Positions 40,463-49,459 of a DNA stretch of 64,000 nt are shown here, one piece after another. Position 1 is the first letter of the stretch. Every line of letters starts with the position of its first letter. The DNA is from a virus. Its lineage: Duplodnaviria; Caudoviricetes. Where the stretch lies: positions 64,001-128,000 of IMG/VR virus record IMGVR_UViG_2852743531_000003; one strand, 5' to 3'. The notes under the pieces are model-generated. The model saw only the letters and a list, made by a program, of their open reading frames with translations. It had not been told where the DNA came from and did no database searches. A program made the translations under genes and the position numbers.

Positions 40463-40660
40463 TCATTCGCCACCTCCGGCCGCCATTGCGTTCGAGTGAT
40501 TTTTCCGGCAGCGCGGGCAGGTGAATTGCTGCTCAGGTAATCACCTGCCCTGTTTGCTTCCACCACACCAGACAGCCCGATCTTTCAGGGCGACACATGC
40601 ATCTGCCTGAAGTTGTTTAATACAGGTAGTTGCCATTCTTTGCCCGGGGAACCCGCCACC

Positions 40661-41119
40661 ATGTTTCGTCAGGCCACCCTGATTCAGGACGTGACCCTTT
40701 ACCGGCACAGCCTTGCACCCTGGCTGGCCGAACTCATCACACAACACGCCCATACAGGCTGTGTCGAGGAGGACGTGCTGGAATGGGTTATCGCCCACCA
40801 GATCGAGGAGTGCTACTGCGTTGTCATCGCCAACCATCATCGCAACTATCGCGAATATTCGGAACTTCACGACAGACTGAAGCATGCCCTGCCTTTTGCG
40901 CTGGAGCGCCTCACCCGGCATCTCGTCAAGGTACCCAATATCTATGGCGACCAGACGCTTACACTGAAACTCACACGGCGCGATCTTTACCTGCACTACC
41001 ACCTCGACGCCCCACCCGCCTTTGATCATCATGAACGCAAGAGTCGAGTATCCGGTCATCCGGTCGCTGGTGATCGATCCCCTCCCGACCGCCTTCATCA
41101 TCGAGAGAATCCTCGGTGA
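40661..41119 (+). CDS. Hypothetical phage protein (tandem family member)
   Basis: 152 aa; 3' end overlaps the next gene. Confidence 0.65.
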   Translation: MFRQATLIQDVTLYRHSLAPWLAELITQHAHTGCVEEDVLEWVIAHQIEECYCVVIANHHRNYREYSELHDRLKHALPFALERLTRHLVKVPNIYGDQTLTLKLTRRDLYLHYHLDAPPAFDHHERKSRVSGHPVAGDRSPPDRLHHRENPR

Positions 41120-41696
41120 TTACCTGATTCCTCCACTGGAGGGCATCTACACGCTCGGACAGGCCGTGCCCGTCATGCGGCCCGATCGAACGTATTACCA
41201 GCAACGCATGGACGCGCACGGCGAACAGCAACGTGCCGCCGTTTCGCACCTTGAGGATGTCCAGCAGGGCACGCCCGTCATCGACGATCAGGGCGAAGTT
41301 GCGGTCACCGCCAGCCAGATTCCGTTCCTCTGCTCAGCTTCCCCGTATCCCGTACGCGCGATCGAAGTAATCGAGCGCACCCTGCGCGAGGTCCTCAGGC
41401 ACTACGGCGATCCGGATGACCGACGGCTTAACACCGATCCCTGCTCGCTGTATCTGGATCTGCTGCGCCCGGAGTGGCGCCACGAGCTCGAAATCGTCGA
41501 CCAGATCCTCCTGCTTGTAAGCGGCCTCAGAAGTCAGGTCAAGGAATTCGCCGGACACGACAGGTGGATCATCCATTTTCTCAGACGCCAGCGCACTACC
41601 ATGATCATCGAACAATCCATTGACTGGCGCATCGTCCAGTACTACAGGCTCAGGGACGAGCTTCGCGAAGAAGCCCGGGAGCAGCCAGATGGGTAA
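41031..41696 (+). CDS. Hypothetical phage protein
   Basis: 221 aa in a tightly packed operon. Confidence 0.75.
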   Translation: MNARVEYPVIRSLVIDPLPTAFIIERILGDYLIPPLEGIYTLGQAVPVMRPDRTYYQQRMDAHGEQQRAAVSHLEDVQQGTPVIDDQGEVAVTASQIPFLCSASPYPVRAIEVIERTLREVLRHYGDPDDRRLNTDPCSLYLDLLRPEWRHELEIVDQILLLVSGLRSQVKEFAGHDRWIIHFLRRQRTTMIIEQSIDWRIVQYYRLRDELREEAREQPDG

Positions 41697-42186
41697 GGCA
41701 ATCGGATATCAGCCTTGCACGGACTCAGTGTCGTCCCCAGCGACGTCCCGTGTAACCACGCTCATTTCATTTGCCGGTATCGTCACCGTGCTCCGACACC
41801 GGATCAGGGAGTGTCTGTCGCGGGACGAATCGGGCTGGGCGTTCGAGAATATCCGCTATCTCACCGACGGACAGATCGACGTGTCGGATTATCTTGCCGT
41901 GCTGCTCACGGAGGTCCTCACGGGCAACCAGAGCTATATGAGGCATCCCTGTCCGCAAAGCCAGAGCCAGTCAGTTCTGCGCCACATGGGGCTCGATGAC
42001 GATTGCGCCCGGGAGCTCAACAGGGAGATGTTTTTCGCGGCGCTGGAGCGGATCCTGGATCACCTGCCGCAATCCGCGTTCAACGATCGCGGCGAATTCG
42101 ATTTCCTGCTGACCCGGTTCGACCTCATCGCGATCAGAAACCTCAACGGGACCCACGCCTCCACCGCCGCGGGGCCAGTGCCATGA
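41689..42186 (+). CDS. Hypothetical phage protein (tandem family member)
   Basis: 165 aa, overlapping start/stop junctions. Confidence 0.7.
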   Translation: MGKAIGYQPCTDSVSSPATSRVTTLISFAGIVTVLRHRIRECLSRDESGWAFENIRYLTDGQIDVSDYLAVLLTEVLTGNQSYMRHPCPQSQSQSVLRHMGLDDDCARELNREMFFAALERILDHLPQSAFNDRGEFDFLLTRFDLIAIRNLNGTHASTAAGPVP

Positions 42187-42623
42187 AAGCAATCGTTCTC
42201 GACACACGTCCATTGGTGAACGAATATCGCGAGTACGAGCCGTTCTTCGCATTCTACGAAAACGGTATCCGGGATCTGCTCAAGGAAGCGGTACTTATCC
42301 ATTCAACGAGCAGCCCTTTTTCTACCACCTGGCATCCGAAGGGGCTCGTCGGAAAGGTCGAGGCGGATTTCGACTATGCACTGGACTGCTACCGCGACTC
42401 GTGCGAGGAGACGGCCATGCCCCTGTTCGACGAGCGGTTTCTTTTCAGCAACCTTGATGTGATCCGCTTCGCCGCCCAGTCCATGGAGGATGCGGTCGAG
42501 AAGCTCTTTCGTCTCCATCTTCCCACACGCTTCTTCGAGATCGCCGACGAGCATCAGGGTCAGGCATTCAGCCCGCGCTGGATCGGCTCGGACCTCCTTG
42601 TTCATGTGCGGCTTTTAAGCTAG
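42183..42623 (+). CDS. Hypothetical phage protein (tandem family member)
   Basis: 146 aa, ATGA overlap; begins MKAIVLDTRPL. Confidence 0.75.
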   Translation: MKAIVLDTRPLVNEYREYEPFFAFYENGIRDLLKEAVLIHSTSSPFSTTWHPKGLVGKVEADFDYALDCYRDSCEETAMPLFDERFLFSNLDVIRFAAQSMEDAVEKLFRLHLPTRFFEIADEHQGQAFSPRWIGSDLLVHVRLLS

Positions 42624-42633
42624 GGGAACTAAC

Positions 42634-43053
42634 ATGGATATGGTGCAACCTGGACCGATCCTGGTGTGCGCCGCGATCCCGCGCTATGTCGTCATGGAGA
42701 CTCCACGGGAGCTTCAGGAACTCAGGGAATGGGTGGAACACCCCTCGAAACCTACGGTCGACATCGAGGCCTTCTACACGCAGCTTTTCGACAGCGTGAG
42801 TCTCGCCGGCAGACTCGCAGCCGACGAACTGCATGAGTTCGCAAGTGACGTGGGTTATGGCGATGCACTCTACGGCCAGCACGAGCTACTGAGATACGAA
42901 CAGCACCGGCTCGCGATGCTGGTCGTGGAGGCGGGCTACGCAATCACGAGGCAGCTCAACGCACTGTGTCTTTACGATGCCGACGGCATTTTCCCTTACT
43001 ACTTCAGGGCTTGTTACCCAAATGGGCTACTCCTTTTCGAAAACTACGACTGA
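42634..43053 (+). CDS. Hypothetical phage protein (tandem family member)
   Basis: 139 aa, GGGGA RBS. Confidence 0.75.
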   Translation: MDMVQPGPILVCAAIPRYVVMETPRELQELREWVEHPSKPTVDIEAFYTQLFDSVSLAGRLAADELHEFASDVGYGDALYGQHELLRYEQHRLAMLVVEAGYAITRQLNALCLYDADGIFPYYFRACYPNGLLLFENYD

Positions 43054-43549
43054 TCCGGAAAGCGTGATTCTCGAAACACGCCCTCTTCTTGATGACCTCT
43101 TCACCCGCTATCCGGATCTTGAGGAAAACCATGAGGAGTTCATCGGGCGCATCGTCGACTGCCTTGCCTACGAGAATCGCGCCCCTGAACGGCTCGAGGA
43201 CATGTGCTCTCAGATGGTACAGGATGCGCTGCAGTTCGTTCCTCGCGAAAACGACGGGGCCTGCGTGTCACAGACCGACGAGGACGATGAACACAGGCGC
43301 CGCATCAACGCTGTCATGCGCACGGCCAACGAGATGTACCGGGTTGGCATGCAGCTCCATGCGCTCATCCGACAGCTCGGACTCTACCGGGATGGCTACC
43401 TGCATTACCAGTTCGCAGATCTCGTCGGCCACGCCATTATCCTTCAACGCCTGATGGCGCCGCTGCTCGTCCTGCGTGGGCCGGTCGATTATCTGACCGA
43501 CGATGAGCTCTGGGCCTGGAGCGATACCATCCGGCGGCGTCGTCACTGA
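43022..43549 (+). CDS. Hypothetical phage protein (tandem family member); start uncertain
   Basis: Contains VILETRPL, similar to the 42183 protein. Confidence 0.7.
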   Translation: MGYSFSKTTTDPESVILETRPLLDDLFTRYPDLEENHEEFIGRIVDCLAYENRAPERLEDMCSQMVQDALQFVPRENDGACVSQTDEDDEHRRRINAVMRTANEMYRVGMQLHALIRQLGLYRDGYLHYQFADLVGHAIILQRLMAPLLVLRGPVDYLTDDELWAWSDTIRRRRH

Positions 43550-43557
43550 GGTGCGCC

Positions 43558-43965
43558 ATGGAACGTCGCAAACCCGACGGACAATACCCGTCGCGGATTG
43601 TGCTGCCCACCGCGGATCTGATCCGCGCGTTTCGCCGGCAGCTGCGAGGCGTGACGCTGTCGGACGCCGGCTTTGAGGAGATCGTCCGGCAGGTGCTTGA
43701 CGTATTTCTGGACTGGGACGGCGACGGGCAGAAGCTTGCCGCGCTGCCCGACATTCACCGGTTGACCCTTCCCGAACTCGAGGAAGACCCGGCACACACC
43801 ATCCATATCCGTCTGATCAACGCCACGCAGTCTTTCGCGCACCAATTCTTTGAGCGCCTGATGACGTATGGCCTGTTTCGTGCGGGCAACCCGCTGACCG
43901 ACCTGGATTACGGGTTCGACTGTTTTCTTGGCGACGACATCGTGCTGTTTCACTGCCCGTACTGA
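43558..43965 (+). CDS. Hypothetical phage protein (tandem family member)
   Basis: 135 aa, GAGG RBS. Confidence 0.75.
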   Translation: MERRKPDGQYPSRIVLPTADLIRAFRRQLRGVTLSDAGFEEIVRQVLDVFLDWDGDGQKLAALPDIHRLTLPELEEDPAHTIHIRLINATQSFAHQFFERLMTYGLFRAGNPLTDLDYGFDCFLGDDIVLFHCPY

Positions 43966-43980
43966 TAAACGGGAGGTATC

Positions 43981-44388
43981 GTGTCGTATAACTACCAGAT
44001 CGGGCAGGTCCTCACATTCGATGTGTACCCTGCTCCCGTGCTCGGCAACAATTTCCAGAATGCAACCGTGCAGGGCATCCTGAACCAGGAAAGCGCCAAT
44101 CAGGTGATCGACACGGTGGGGATGCATATCAAGGTCTGGCCCTGGCTTGAAGCTCAGGGCACGCCCAACGATCCATCACAGTACAACTACATCAAGATCA
44201 GAACGCAGTCGGGATCGGTGACCGCGCTGGGGATGCCGTGGATCAACGAAAGCACCATCCGCGCCTCCACGAGCCAGACCATCACGGCACTCATCGGCAA
44301 CGTCACGGCGGGCGATATCCAGGGTGTGCAGAACGCGCTGATCAGCAATGGGTACACCGCGATCGACGTTTCTATCTCAAGCTCGTGA
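43981..44388 (+). CDS. Conserved phiKZ-like small beta-rich protein preceding the DNA polymerase gene
   Basis: 135 aa, GTG start with GGAGG RBS; TFDVYPAPVLG and LGMPWINEST segments. Confidence 0.78.
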   Translation: MSYNYQIGQVLTFDVYPAPVLGNNFQNATVQGILNQESANQVIDTVGMHIKVWPWLEAQGTPNDPSQYNYIKIRTQSGSVTALGMPWINESTIRASTSQTITALIGNVTAGDIQGVQNALISNGYTAIDVSISSS

Positions 44389-44771
44389 ATCAGGTCACGC
44401 GCCTGAAACGACGCTTCTTTTTTTGGATACTTTTTACAGGCATTCACCATGATGTGTGGGGCAATCGCGCATCTTATGGCTTGGATACAGCACAGATTGC
44501 GGGTGGTAGAAAGGGCATGGGCCGTGTCCGGTTTGCCTGCTGGCCGACGCGACAGGCAACGTCGCGTCGAGGCAGGAACTTCAGTGGGGACTGAGGAAGT
44601 GCCGCCGGAGACAACGTAGTTATCGTGCGCGCAACCGCCGTGGCGATCTTATCCTTGGGGTCGCCCGCAGCGGGACTGGGCGTGATGGCGTCTGGCGTGC
44701 GCAGGTGCGTTGTCTTCTCCAGCGTGGAGGTGGGCCGCAGGTCACACTGCGGCCCACCTCCTTTTTTTCCG

Positions 44772-45206
44772 CTAACGGGTCTGCTCACCCAGCATCGTGC
44801 CCCTGCAATCATCGCCGCCGCACCGGCATGCATACTCCGCGAGCGTTGCCTCATCCAGACCGGCGTCCACTTCGAGCGCGTAATTGATGAAGAGCTCTTC
44901 TCCGGGATCGATGTCGCGTGTGGCTTCGATATAGACGCGTCCGCCCTCTTCTTCGATGGCCTCACAGTTTGCGGCGCAGGAATGGTTCAGCCACCGCGTC
45001 GCGTTACCACCACGGCCACCGTCGATTACCCGCCCATCAGAACGCCCGAAAAGAAACGTGTGCCCCTCGTGCTGATGGCGCGACGCCTCCTTCCACGTCG
45101 TCACCAGCCCTTTGTATTCAAGAATGCGCTCTCCGGTGATGAGCGGGCGAAGCGCGAATACTCCCTTGCCGTGTATCGAGGAGCGCCTGACAGTGACACG
45201 TTTCAT
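44772..45206 (-). CDS. SET-domain protein lysine methyltransferase
   Basis: SSIHGKGVFA, EYKG, RWLNHSCAANC, EELFINY and post-SET CRCGGDDC motifs. Confidence 0.93.
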   Translation of the reverse strand: MKRVTVRRSSIHGKGVFALRPLITGERILEYKGLVTTWKEASRHQHEGHTFLFGRSDGRVIDGGRGGNATRWLNHSCAANCEAIEEEGGRVYIEATRDIDPGEELFINYALEVDAGLDEATLAEYACRCGGDDCRGTMLGEQTR

Positions 45207-45346
45207 GTTTTCTGAAGATGGAAAGTTATCTGAAGTATAGCTTGCGAACTACCGCCCGGAAGGGCCGCGCGGGATCGTCCATCAGGTGACATGCAAACTT
45301 TTACCGGCGCTGGGGATGGTGTGCCAGATCTCATGGATGGCAAGAC

Positions 45347-47548
45347 ATGGGCAATGCGACCCCCACCCCTTTTACTCTGCGCGCCGATCAGTACGCGAGA
45401 GATATCGACGTGCTCGGGCACTATGTCCGGCAGACCGTCAGCTACCTGACAGCAATGACGGGGGCATCCCGCGACGAATGCCTGAGGTTCGTTCAGTCAA
45501 ACCTTGAGTCCGATGGTACGTTTGCCTTTCAGGACCCAGATGTCACTTACCTTCAGCGCAATGAGCGCGGCGACCGGGAACTCAGGACGGGCACACTGCA
45601 GGCCTTTCTCGCGACGACCGTCGCGCAACGTGAACTGATTGCCCCGACTTTCACGACCTATCTTCATCCGCAGGTCAGGGAGTCGCTGCTGACCGGCTTT
45701 ATCGGGGCGAACAAGGTGCAGCGGGGCGTCGCCAAACGCGCAATGTTCCAGGCGCGCAGCGACGGCAACACGCTGCTCGAGATCCTCAAGGATAACGAGC
45801 AGACCAACATGAAGCTCGCGAGCAATGCCTGCTCGGGCGCGCACGTTTCTGCTTCCACGCCCCTCTTCAACCTCTCGGCGCACTCCACCCTCACCTCAAA
45901 CTGCCGCGTCACTGCGAGCTACGGTTCCGCGAACAACGAGAAGCTGCTCGCTGGCAACCGCCACTACTGGTCGCCCGACGTCGTGAAAAACAACATCACG
46001 TCGATCAGGTTGAATACCGACTACGGGGCGCTTGATGCCGCCATGAAGCGTCACGGTATCCGGCATCCGGAGCTCGAGGAGACGATGGCTTGCATACTGC
46101 GTTCCACCCACTTCTATTTCCGCGACCCCGCACATCATCGGCTCATCGGGCAGTACGTCAGCCAGCTCACGCCAGCCGAGCGCAGTGCGTTCGTCTACAC
46201 GGGCGACCTGTATCACCTGCGGTACTACAACGACGCCGTTATCCGTACCTTCATCAGCCGACTGGCTTCGCGCATCGAGCTCGTGCATCCCGATCCTGGC
46301 ACCGTGCTTGCGTCGGCATCACCTGAAGTCATTGCACTCGCTGTGCAGCTGTGTCCACAGGAGATGCGTGGCAGGAAGCTTGACGGGGTTGCCGGCACAA
46401 ACGCACATGGCATCGTCGCATCGACCGTCATCAATATCCAGACGGTGCTCGACGAATACCGCGATCTCATCCGCGCGTTCTTTGTCACAAAAAACGTGCC
46501 TGCGTCGGTGGCGGCGTTTCCTGAAAGCATCCGACGTGTGGCGCTGATGGGCGACACGGACTCGACACTCTTTACGGTCCAGGAGTGGGTGATCTGGTTC
46601 AACGATGGGCGTCTGGGGTTCGATGCGCGCTCGCAGGCCGTGGCCGCGGTCCTCGTGTTCCTTGCCTCCATGACGGTGGCGCATCTGCTCGCACGAATGT
46701 CGGCCAACTTTGGTGTCGAGGAACAGCGCCTGTTCGATACCGTGATGAAAAACGAATACCGGTTTGTCACCTTCACGCCAACACCCGTTGCCAAACACTA
46801 TTACGCGCTCATCGACTGCCGCGAAGGCCAGCTTTACACCGAGCCCGAAGCGGAGATCAAGGGCGTGCATCTGAAGTCGTCGAGTGCTCCGCCGGCCGTC
46901 ACGGCACGCGCAAAACTGCTCATGATCGACATCATGAAAACGGTCGCGCATGAGGAGAAGCTCTCGATCATGAAGATCCTCGGCGAGATATCAGCGATCG
47001 AACACGACATCATCGACTCGATCATGAAACGCTCGAGCTGCGAGTATTTCCGTATCGGACAGATCAAGCCCGCGGGGGCCTATACGCTGCCGCCCGAGCG
47101 GTCCGTTTACGCGCACTATCTATTCTGGAACGCCACCTTCGGGATGAAGTACGGCATGGCGGGAACACCCCCCTATACAGCGATCAAGATTCCGGTCGAC
47201 ATGGGCTCGCCGGCACGCATCAAGGCGTGGCTCACGGCAATGGCCGACCAGGAACTGGCAGCACGTCTTGGCGCATGGCTCGCTTCGCACGGCAGAAGTT
47301 CGCTCACGACTTTCTACGTTCCAGAAGAAGCCATTCATGCGGGAGGTGTTCCACGTGAAATCCTTGAACGCGTTGCCATTCGCAAGCTCGTGAAGGACAC
47401 CATGAAGACTTTCTACCTGGTGCTCGAAAGTCTCGGTGTCGCCATGGAGAACAGGCAGATCACGCGGCTCGTGAGCGACGACTATCCGCCTCTCGTGAAA
47501 GCAACGGCAGCCGATGGCACTGCGCTGCTAAACACAATGACGGCATAG
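45347..47548 (+). CDS. Family-B DNA polymerase, polymerase-domain subunit (phiKZ gp50-like)
   Basis: 733 aa; K...N.CSG motif B-like, GDTDSTLF motif C, AKHYY..EIKGV. Confidence 0.88.
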   Translation: MGNATPTPFTLRADQYARDIDVLGHYVRQTVSYLTAMTGASRDECLRFVQSNLESDGTFAFQDPDVTYLQRNERGDRELRTGTLQAFLATTVAQRELIAPTFTTYLHPQVRESLLTGFIGANKVQRGVAKRAMFQARSDGNTLLEILKDNEQTNMKLASNACSGAHVSASTPLFNLSAHSTLTSNCRVTASYGSANNEKLLAGNRHYWSPDVVKNNITSIRLNTDYGALDAAMKRHGIRHPELEETMACILRSTHFYFRDPAHHRLIGQYVSQLTPAERSAFVYTGDLYHLRYYNDAVIRTFISRLASRIELVHPDPGTVLASASPEVIALAVQLCPQEMRGRKLDGVAGTNAHGIVASTVINIQTVLDEYRDLIRAFFVTKNVPASVAAFPESIRRVALMGDTDSTLFTVQEWVIWFNDGRLGFDARSQAVAAVLVFLASMTVAHLLARMSANFGVEEQRLFDTVMKNEYRFVTFTPTPVAKHYYALIDCREGQLYTEPEAEIKGVHLKSSSAPPAVTARAKLLMIDIMKTVAHEEKLSIMKILGEISAIEHDIIDSIMKRSSCEYFRIGQIKPAGAYTLPPERSVYAHYLFWNATFGMKYGMAGTPPYTAIKIPVDMGSPARIKAWLTAMADQELAARLGAWLASHGRSSLTTFYVPEEAIHAGGVPREILERVAIRKLVKDTMKTFYLVLESLGVAMENRQITRLVSDDYPPLVKATAADGTALLNTMTA

Positions 47549-47574
47549 AGGCCGCGCGGCATCTGCCGTGGCCT
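47539..47574 (-). terminator. Hairpin + CTATGCCGTC element
   Basis: GACGGCATAG at 47539-48 followed by an imperfect AGGCCGCGCGGC/GCCGTGGCCT hairpin. Confidence 0.5.
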
Positions 47575-47587
47575 GTCGGGAATAAAC

Positions 47588-47923
47588 GTGGAGACGAACG
47601 TGAAGACACCCTTTGCCCAGCGTACACGTGAACACTGGGAAAGTTCACCCATCGAGACAGATGACCTTCCGTGCGGCTGGACTGACGTACTGATCCAGCT
47701 GATCGAGAACGGACCCGTAGACGATGGTGATGTTGCGAGCAAGCCTGCCCGTGACGCACTGATCGAATGCGGCTTCGCTGCAAAGGTCATTATTGGCCAG
47801 CAGGAAGCCGGCACGTGCGCCACATACTACGGCCGCGAACTTTACTGCCAGCTCATTGACGAATGGGGGCTGCACGAGGCCATCGCGAAGCGTCAGGCAA
47901 CATCGGCTCTGAAACGTTATTGA
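47588..47923 (+). CDS. Hypothetical protein
   Basis: 111 aa; GPVDDGDVASKPARDALIECG segment. Confidence 0.65.
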   Translation: METNVKTPFAQRTREHWESSPIETDDLPCGWTDVLIQLIENGPVDDGDVASKPARDALIECGFAAKVIIGQQEAGTCATYYGRELYCQLIDEWGLHEAIAKRQATSALKRY

Positions 47924-47950
47924 ATGACCCGGTGCGCAATCTACCAGTAC

Positions 47951-49069
47951 TCACGCAAGACTCGTGCTATCCGCGTGGACAGGATTTGCCTTGTGACGGA
48001 TTGCATCGAACTCGTCGAGTACCGCCTGGTATGTAAGCGCATTCATCACGCCTTCGAAAAGACGCTCCTGCTGCCAGCCAAGAAAGGTGCGGTTCAGCAG
48101 GTTGATTTCCGACTGGTTAAGCGTACCTGGCGTGTCACCCGATGCGCCCAGTACGAAGTCGAGCATCGGCAGGCGAGCGATGGCGAGCGCCCACATGACC
48201 TGTCTCGTCGGCGCCATGTCAGGTAGATGCATGGCCTCTTCAAGAGTGTGATGTGCTGCTACCGGCACGCTTTGTAAAACCCCGATGAAATTCTTGCGTT
48301 GCCTTGTGAGGCCCACTAGGATTTCTTCATAGCAGTGATCAAGTCGCACCGAGTAATCGGCCAGCGCAAACGGATGTTTCCGTGTCGACCACCCCGCAGG
48401 TACACGCGCCTGCAGGCGGCGAATCCGGTTAAGGAGAGTTTGATCGAGTTGACTGAAGAGCATGTTGGGTAGCACGAACCTGTGCACGAACATCGTGACG
48501 GACTTTTCATCCACGCGACCCGCGCTTCTTTTTTCTTCTTCACGAAACGCGCGATACTGAACCATCAGCATGGGAAGATTGATAGCGATTACAGCCATTC
48601 CCGTTTCCGACCCTGTGAAGTGACCGTCGGGTAAATTCATTTCCAGATCACTTCTGGCATGTCTCAATACACGTAGAGGTGTGGCATTGCGCCAATCCCG
48701 ATGGGCCAGCGCGAGATCAAAGTACTCCGTATGGACAACGAGTATCTCGTCATGGCCCGCGCCGTAAAACTCACCGTTCCAGACTTTTCCCCTGAATATC
48801 GAGGACGTCATTTTCATTGCCATCGACAGGTTGAGCGCCATCGCGTCGACATTGGCATGGTAACGCTCGAGCGCGAGTGAGAGCGGAACATCGACGCTCT
48901 GAACCAGTTTCACCAACGGATGACTGCTTTTGACTGCCCCCGGCGCATGCCGGTAGTACCGGATGACCTGTCCCAGATTGCGACGCAGGCCATCCCGGAT
49001 GGCGTGCCACGCTCCCGGCACCTGAATGCCCTGGAGCGAGCGTGGTGACAGGTTGAATAGCGTGTGCAT
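47951..49069 (-). CDS. Conserved phiKZ-like protein (gp52-like by position)
   Basis: 372 aa, divergent from chimallin, between the polymerase and chmA genes. Confidence 0.75.
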   Translation of the reverse strand: MHTLFNLSPRSLQGIQVPGAWHAIRDGLRRNLGQVIRYYRHAPGAVKSSHPLVKLVQSVDVPLSLALERYHANVDAMALNLSMAMKMTSSIFRGKVWNGEFYGAGHDEILVVHTEYFDLALAHRDWRNATPLRVLRHARSDLEMNLPDGHFTGSETGMAVIAINLPMLMVQYRAFREEEKRSAGRVDEKSVTMFVHRFVLPNMLFSQLDQTLLNRIRRLQARVPAGWSTRKHPFALADYSVRLDHCYEEILVGLTRQRKNFIGVLQSVPVAAHHTLEEAMHLPDMAPTRQVMWALAIARLPMLDFVLGASGDTPGTLNQSEINLLNRTFLGWQQERLFEGVMNALTYQAVLDEFDAIRHKANPVHADSTSLA

Positions 49070-49386
49070 GGTTCGATATATCGGATGACAGAACTTCGCC
49101 CATAACATTGAAGCGACCCCGTGCCGGCACCCAGTACGGGATGCGCCGGACGCGTGCGCGGGTTGCTGTCCACCCATTGGAGAGAACTGCGTCGGGTAAG
49201 AATTTACCGCCGCTGTCTATATCCTTTGGAGGGGACACTTCGCATTCCTTTCCATCTGGCTGACCGAAACAGGCCCGGCCAGGGAATGCCGTGTCATGTC
49301 TCTTTGAACAGATGTGATCTTCCGAACGCCTGAGCGCACTTGCGTGATATCGGCGCGGGTGGTTCGATTCAACGGAATTTCACTGA

Positions 49387-49394
49387 TATATCAC
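49387..49394 (+). promoter_or_regulatory. TATATCAC putative early promoter of chimallin
   Basis: TGATATATCACC about 65 bp upstream of the chmA ATG. Confidence 0.6.
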
Positions 49395-49459
49395 CTCATT
49401 GTCATTAGCAGGACTGCTAAGGACCACATGTGTGTTTAACCCAATCGCAAGGAAAAGCC

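Noticed and set aside
44390-44770. ORFs or ncRNA between the 43981 gene and the SET gene
   Set aside because: No ORF with an RBS or motif and no clear structure could be supported.
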